A DNA stretch of 64,000 nt from an uncultured Bacteroidales bacterium. Its GTDB lineage: Bacteria > Bacteroidota > Bacteroidia > Bacteroidales > UBA4417. The notes under the pieces are model-generated. The model worked only from the letters and a program-made list of their open reading frames with translations. It had not been told where the DNA came from and did not search any database. Shown here piece after piece: positions 59,019-64,000 of this stretch. Numbering within the stretch: the stretch's first letter is position 1; each line of letters starts with the position of its first letter. The stretch spans positions 81,788 through 145,787 of the forward strand of contig CAVQQF010000009.1 of assembly GCA_963714825.1 (NCBI GenBank). The letters run 5' to 3'. Both the position numbers and the translations under genes were made by a program.

Positions 59019-61889
59019 TTATTCCACGCGCATACCGGGAGGTGAGCCAGGAGGTCTCATCCCGCTGTTGCGCATACGCTCTCTCCTTTCGGGGTCGAAA
59101 CCATCCTTTTCCTTCGGCATTTCGCCCGTAAATTTGCGCAGATTATAGGTAAAAGTTAATATAACATATTGGTTCAGAACCATTGAATTTAAATCTTCGA
59201 TATACTGATCGGTAACATTATGGCTGAAACTGGTATTCTGTTTTAACATATCGAATGCGGTGATTTTAATTTCGCCGGCATTATTTTTAAACAATTTGGA
59301 CCCCATACTGGCATTCCACAGGGTATAGGAAGTTATATCGCCGGTAGCTATTGTATTATAATTCTGATAGGTTAGGTTGGTTTGAACAAAAAGTGTTTTC
59401 CAGAACTGCCAGCGGAATGCTGACGACGCAATCTGAAAAATGTAATTATTGTTGCTTTTGGTTTGAAGAGAATTCTTAACCAGGTTGTAGGTGAAATTAT
59501 AGGTGAGAGTAAAATCAAGATTTTCGCTTATGTTGCTGCTGAGTACGACTCCCTCGTTAATGCCATAAGTGCCCGAAATATTCTTTTCAAAGTTTATCAT
59601 GCTTGGGGTATTGTTGTAACTGAAGCCTGTGTTAAAATTCAGGTTACTCTTAATGATGGCTACAGGGAATCCATAAGTTACAAGTGTACGTGCACTCCAT
59701 GAACCATCGAGATTTACCGGCTTGGTGAGCTGGCCTCCTTTTATAAGGTCGACACCGAGTATGCTGGTATCGGATGCAGCATAGAATATTGAATTACTGA
59801 TGGCATCGAGGGTACGTGAAAGAAACACCATCGCGAAAAAATTCGACGTTTTTGTTTTGTTCGACAATGAAAACCGTGCCATCGAAAAATGCCGTACTTC
59901 CTGTTTTAAATCAGGATTACCAGCCGATATAAACATAGGATCGCTGTTATCAACCACCTCCTGAAGCTGGGTAACCGAAGGCGAATTGCTGCTGGCACGG
60001 TAAACTGTTTTCAGGTTTTTATAATCGGTGAATTTGTAATTGAGCATAAACGAAGGCAATATGCTGTGGAAGCTTTTATTTGCATTTGCCGGTACCGGAA
60101 ATGTTTGTTCCCCTTTTAATGTTGCATACTGGTACGACATGCCGGCATTCAGTGTAACCTTAGGCTTTTTAAACAGGTAACCTATTCCGGGTTTGTGGGT
60201 AATATAGTCGTTGTTGTAATAATTCGATAACAGGGGGTTAAAATCGGTGTAGTCCTGCTGCCCGTCGTAAACATAGTTATAGGTTTTTTTATCATTATTA
60301 TTTTTCGAATAGGACACATTATAATTAACCTGCAATTGACTGTAAGCACTTAACGGCTCGGTATAAACGAGGTTCGACGACAGGCTTGAGCCATCGGTAA
60401 TTGTTTTACTGTATTGTTTGGTGGTATCAGTTTTGTCGAGTTCGAGATTATCGAGGTAACTTTTACGTATACGGTCGTTTACAGCATTGGAGAGGTTTAG
60501 CGAAATAGTTCTTCCTTTTTTGGCGAACTTATAGCGGTATAAAATATCGTTGTTCAGGTTAATTCCGTCAGCCAGGGCAGTATTCGACAGGTAGTTGTAA
60601 CCATAGGGAAGCTCGCCCGAGGTAAGGAAATTTTGCCTGTTAACGCTTTCGGTCTCCGAGGATTGTATGTTGAAGCGTGGTGTCCATATCAAGCTGTTAC
60701 GGTCGTTTATTGAGTATTCGAGCCTGAGATTCATGCGGTGGTTTTGATTCAGGTTGTCGGAATTGCTTTCCTGCGTAAAAAATTTATATGGAAGGGTTTC
60801 AATTATGTATTCACGTTCGGAAGTGGAATACGATTTCGAATTCGTATTGTTGTAAAAATAGCTGCCGCTTACTGATATCTTTGTTCCCAGGTTGTCGGAA
60901 AAATTAACACCCAAAGCATTGGTGGTGGTAATACCATCGCCACCTCCACCCGATCCGAAACTCCTCATACCACCACCGCCAAAACTCCTGCCCGAACCCA
61001 GGAAATCGCCGCTGCCAAAATTCTGATCATTTATATTGTTACTGGCTCCAATGAGGGTTATCCTGCGCTGGTTTTTAAATATGTTCAGATTAACACTGGC
61101 CTGGTATGGGTTTTCGGCCAGCGATTCCTGGTTAATTACACCATAGCCGGCGGTCATTTTGCCAAAAGTGCCCTGGTTTTTACTATTACGGGTAACAATA
61201 TTCAGTGTTTTTTGCGAATTTCCATCGTCAAAACCTGTCCATGCAGCCTGATCGGAGAGTTTATCGAACACCTGTATCTTATCCACAACCTCCGCCGGAA
61301 GGTTTTTTAAGGTTGCCGAAGCGTCGTCACCAAAAAAGGTTTTGCCATCGACCAGTACTTTTTTCACCTCTTCACCATGTGCTTTTACGGTTCCGTTTTC
61401 GACAGTTATCCCGGGCATTTTCTTAATAAGGTCCTCGGTACTGGCATCCTGAGCTACCTTAAACGCAGCGGCATTGTATTGAGTGGTATCGCCTTTCTGT
61501 TCAGCTCTTACAGCCTGTGCAACAACATCAACTTCCGAGAGAGTCGTTACAGAGGCTTCGATAATTAATTTCCCAAGATCGGTTTGCTTTTCCTTCAGCT
61601 CTATCGTTTGGGTATAAGTATTAAAGCCTACAAATGTTACGCTTAAAATTTGCGGTTCCTTTTTCAGGCCAGTGAAGATAAAATTTCCTTTGGCATCGCT
61701 GGTTGTATATTTAGGGCGCGTAGTATCGCGCACAGCGGATAGTTTAACCGTGGCTCCAACCAGTGTGGTATTATCAGTTGCATTTATCAAAGTGCCTTTT
61801 AACCGCAAATCCTGAGCTTGTACCGACGAAAACAGCATGCTCAACACTAAAACAGGTGCAAAAAACTTAATCCTGAAAAAATAAATCAT
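59019..61889 (-). CDS. TonB-dependent-receptor-like outer-membrane beta-barrel with N-terminal carboxypeptidase-regulatory-like domain
   Basis: Signal peptide; LSEVDVVA, KGDT..YNA..F, EDLIKKMPG, VDGKTFFG.D...KNLPA; C-terminal LTFTYNL. ATG 61889 preferred. Confidence 0.85.
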   Translation of the reverse strand: MIYFFRIKFFAPVLVLSMLFSSVQAQDLRLKGTLINATDNTTLVGATVKLSAVRDTTRPKYTTSDAKGNFIFTGLKKEPQILSVTFVGFNTYTQTIELKEKQTDLGKLIIEASVTTLSEVDVVAQAVRAEQKGDTTQYNAAAFKVAQDASTEDLIKKMPGITVENGTVKAHGEEVKKVLVDGKTFFGDDASATLKNLPAEVVDKIQVFDKLSDQAAWTGFDDGNSQKTLNIVTRNSKNQGTFGKMTAGYGVINQESLAENPYQASVNLNIFKNQRRITLIGASNNINDQNFGSGDFLGSGRSFGGGGMRSFGSGGGGDGITTTNALGVNFSDNLGTKISVSGSYFYNNTNSKSYSTSEREYIIETLPYKFFTQESNSDNLNQNHRMNLRLEYSINDRNSLIWTPRFNIQSSETESVNRQNFLTSGELPYGYNYLSNTALADGINLNNDILYRYKFAKKGRTISLNLSNAVNDRIRKSYLDNLELDKTDTTKQYSKTITDGSSLSSNLVYTEPLSAYSQLQVNYNVSYSKNNNDKKTYNYVYDGQQDYTDFNPLLSNYYNNDYITHKPGIGYLFKKPKVTLNAGMSYQYATLKGEQTFPVPANANKSFHSILPSFMLNYKFTDYKNLKTVYRASSNSPSVTQLQEVVDNSDPMFISAGNPDLKQEVRHFSMARFSLSNKTKTSNFFAMVFLSRTLDAISNSIFYAASDTSILGVDLIKGGQLTKPVNLDGSWSARTLVTYGFPVAIIKSNLNFNTGFSYNNTPSMINFEKNISGTYGINEGVVLSSNISENLDFTLTYNFTYNLVKNSLQTKSNNNYIFQIASSAFRWQFWKTLFVQTNLTYQNYNTIATGDITSYTLWNASMGSKLFKNNAGEIKITAFDMLKQNTSFSHNVTDQYIEDLNSMVLNQYVILTFTYNLRKFTGEMPKEKDGFDPERRERMRNSGMRPPGSPPGMRVE

Positions 61890-62097
61890 AATCGTATTTT
61901 TGAGTGAACTCAAAATTAGATGACTATAGCATACAAAAGTTTAACCCCATGATAAATATTAATGTGATTTATTTGTAAACAGCCTGAAAAAATTATAGCG
62001 ACCATGTTATACAGGAATAAATTCTTTGCTATACTGCTGATTGTATGTTCTTTATTGGTACTTAAAAAAAATGCCGCCATTGATATTGCCTGTTGAT

Positions 62098-62105
62098 TAA
62101 CTTTG
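62098..62105 (+). promoter_or_regulatory. Bacteroidota -7 box for thiL
   Basis: TAACTTTG 15 bp before the ATG. Confidence 0.6.
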
Positions 62106-62120
62106 CACAAAATTTAAACT

Positions 62121-63173
62121 ATGCTCCATAATCCAGAATCAAAACGTACCGAGCTCGGCGAGCTGGGCGAATTCGGGCTGATCAAACACCTCACTGAATC
62201 ATTTTCGATCGAACAGCCTTCAACAATAAAGGGTATTGGCGACGATGCTGCCGTTATCGATTATGGCGAAAACCTTACCCTTGTTTCGACCGACCTGCTG
62301 GTTGAAGGGGTTCATTTCGACCTTTCGTACACGCCTCTGAAGCACCTGGGGTATAAATGCGCAGTTGTAAATTTCTCCGATATTGTGGCCATGAACGGCA
62401 CACCCCGGCAGTTGTTTGTCGGAATTTCAGTATCCAATCGTTTCCCGGTTGAGGCATTGGAGGAGCTGTACGAAGGTATAAAACTTGCCTGCAAACGCTA
62501 TAAAGTCGACCTGGCAGGTGGCGATACCACCTCATCGGTTCATGGATTGTTTTTGTCGCTTACCGTTACAGGCGAAGCAGCCAGGGAAGATGTTGTATAC
62601 AGAAATACGGCCAAAGAAAACGACCTGGTATGTGTAAGCGGCGACCTGGGAAGTGCTTATATGGGTTTGTTAATGCTCGAACGCGAAAAAAAGGTGTACC
62701 AGGCCAATCCTGATATGCAGCCCGACCTCGAAGGCTACGACTATATTCTCGAACGCCAGCTGAAGCCCGAAACGCGCACCGATATTATCGAAATTCTGAA
62801 AAAAGCAGGAATAAAACCTACTTCCATGATTGATATTTCCGACGGGCTGGCTTCGGAGGTGCTGCATTTATGCGAAGATTCAGGATTAGGATGCCGGATA
62901 TTTGAGGATAAAATCCCGCTCGACGCCATGACCATTGCTACTGCCGAAGAGTTTAACATTCAACCTGTTACCGCTGCCATGAACGGAGGCGAAGATTACG
63001 AACTCCTGTTTACCATCAGCATGAACGATTTCGAAAAACTGAAAGGCCTCGAAGGGATCAGCATTATCGGGCATATGACCGAACCCAATGCCGGCGTTTT
63101 TATGGCCAGCAATAATGGGCCGCTGATTAAAATTGAAGCGATGGGGTGGAATCATATGAGGGAGGATGAGTAA
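62121..63173 (+). CDS. thiL: Thiamine-monophosphate kinase
   Basis: GEFGLI, GIGDDAA, TDLLVEGVHF, NFSDIVAM, GGDT, IDISDGL, GGEDYELLFT. Confidence 0.96.
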   Translation: MLHNPESKRTELGELGEFGLIKHLTESFSIEQPSTIKGIGDDAAVIDYGENLTLVSTDLLVEGVHFDLSYTPLKHLGYKCAVVNFSDIVAMNGTPRQLFVGISVSNRFPVEALEELYEGIKLACKRYKVDLAGGDTTSSVHGLFLSLTVTGEAAREDVVYRNTAKENDLVCVSGDLGSAYMGLLMLEREKKVYQANPDMQPDLEGYDYILERQLKPETRTDIIEILKKAGIKPTSMIDISDGLASEVLHLCEDSGLGCRIFEDKIPLDAMTIATAEEFNIQPVTAAMNGGEDYELLFTISMNDFEKLKGLEGISIIGHMTEPNAGVFMASNNGPLIKIEAMGWNHMREDE

Positions 63174-63213
63174 GTAAAAGATAGTTTTTGCGATACATTA
63201 ACCATATAAGGTT

Positions 63214-63479
63214 AAAATGCAAAAGGCAAAGGTCAAAGGTCAAAGGTCAAAAGGCAAAGGTCAATCCCGATAATTATTGGTGGCAAAGTGAAGTATTGAC
63301 CTCTGAAATTTTATTTTCACAACACATTAACTGGTTTAAAAACACTAAGTCACTGTTTAAATTTGCTAAATTGCCTTAGTTAAGTAAGAAAAGGTCAGAA
63401 GACGGAAGCATCATCAATTTAAAATCAAATTTCCTAAGATATTTTCGCCTTTCACCCCTCGCCTTGTCTCCCCTCTCTC
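63214..63479. repeat. Purine-rich heptamer array, degenerate palindrome and downstream pyrimidine-rich heptamer array
   Basis: aaaatgc aaaaggc (aaaggtc)x3 aaaaggc aaaggtc (63214-63262); ATCCCGATAATTATTGG (63264-63280); tttcgcc tttcacc cctcgcc... (63443-63479). Confidence 0.8.
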
Positions 63480-63534
63480 ATTAAGAATTTAAAAAATATA
63501 ATTTTAAACAGACTCCAAATCCTTTTCAACATCC

Positions 63535-64000
63535 GTGTCAAAACACTCATCACATATCGAAAACATTGTCCGCGACCTGCCCGGCAGGCCGGGGGTTTAC
63601 CAGTATTACGATAAGGATGGGAAAATTCTGTATGTTGGCAAAGCCAAAAACCTGAAAAAACGAGTGGCTTCGTATTTCAGGCGCGACGAATCGCTGGTGG
63701 GCAAACTTCGGATACTGGTTCAGAAAATAGCTGATATCCAGATTGTTGTTGTTGATACTGAGCTCGATGCCCTGCTGCTCGAAAACAACCTGATAAAAAA
63801 ATACCAGCCGCGTTACAACGTGATGCTGAAGGACGATAAAACCTACCCCTGGATCTGCATTAAAAAAGAGGCATTCCCGCGCATATTCCCTACCCGGCAC
63901 CGCATAAACGATGGTTCCGATTATTTCGGCCCTTATGCATCAGGCAAAATGATGCATACCCTGCTCGATTTAATCAGGCAGTTATACCAGATCCGCAGCT
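63535..64000 (+). CDS. uvrC: Excinuclease ABC subunit C, 5' part (runs off the window; absent from the ORF track)
   Basis: GTG start: SKHSSHIENIVRDLPGRPGVYQYYDKDGKILYVGKAKNLKKRVASYF...ALLLENNLIKKYQPRYNVMLKDDKTYP (GIY-YIG). Confidence 0.95.
   Translation, partial: MSKHSSHIENIVRDLPGRPGVYQYYDKDGKILYVGKAKNLKKRVASYFRRDESLVGKLRILVQKIADIQIVVVDTELDALLLENNLIKKYQPRYNVMLKDDKTYPWICIKKEAFPRIFPTRHRINDGSDYFGPYASGKMMHTLLDLIRQLYQIRS

Noticed and set aside
61916-61944. Possible ECF-type promoter (TTAAAC-N16-CATCTAA) for the large beta-barrel gene
   Set aside because: Spacing is plausible, but a single short match in AT-rich DNA cannot be supported without a regulon motif.
63188-63379. 63-aa ORF containing KRQRSKVKGQKAKV
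   Set aside because: Translation of the AAAGGTC heptamer array; no other coding evidence.
63550-63900. 116-aa minus-strand ORF
   Set aside because: Antisense shadow of uvrC, which the track missed because its stop lies outside the window.
1-64000. rRNA, tRNA, integrase, transposase or prophage genes
   Set aside because: None recognised by eye; small structured RNAs in the longer intergenic regions (4020-4270, 45970-46440, 46990-47340) cannot be excluded without a covariance search.

Overview
64 kb of chromosome from an anaerobic Bacteroidota, probably a Bacteroidales (TAnnTTTG promoters, T9SS cargo, Bacteroidota-type rbfA/suf/nrf gene order). Most of it is housekeeping or metabolic: ECF sigma module, M28/M20 peptidases, Pif1-like helicase, tag, mtnA, MsbA-like ABC, rbfA, manA, LOG, K+ channel, WtpABC-type tungstate/molybdate ABC, iaaA, dxs, porin-nrfH-nrfA, sufBCDSE-sufT, thiL and a partial uvrC. 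At least 8 genes are split by frameshifts. The ten breaks I could place exactly are all single-base insertions, most likely uncorrected long-read errors. No rRNA, tRNA, CRISPR array, integrase or transposase is visible. Main observations: (1) an AT-rich DUF4062 + Schlafen/AlbA_2-HATPase operon bounded by an attC-like hairpin and a complementary junction, i.e. a solo integron-type cassette carrying a candidate defence system; (2) a TlpA / Cys-pair beta-barrel (DUF6029) / CxxC Omp28 lipoprotein triad that looks like a thiol-disulfide relay across the outer membrane; (3) adjacent Kgp-like and Rgp-like gingipain genes; (4) a window-wide family of 7-bp tandem arrays, often as inverted pairs and associated with a 20-bp palindrome, one inserted in-frame in mtnA; (5) relics of lipB and a Bro-N gene that the ORF track misses. 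All family calls come from motif recognition by eye, not database searches.
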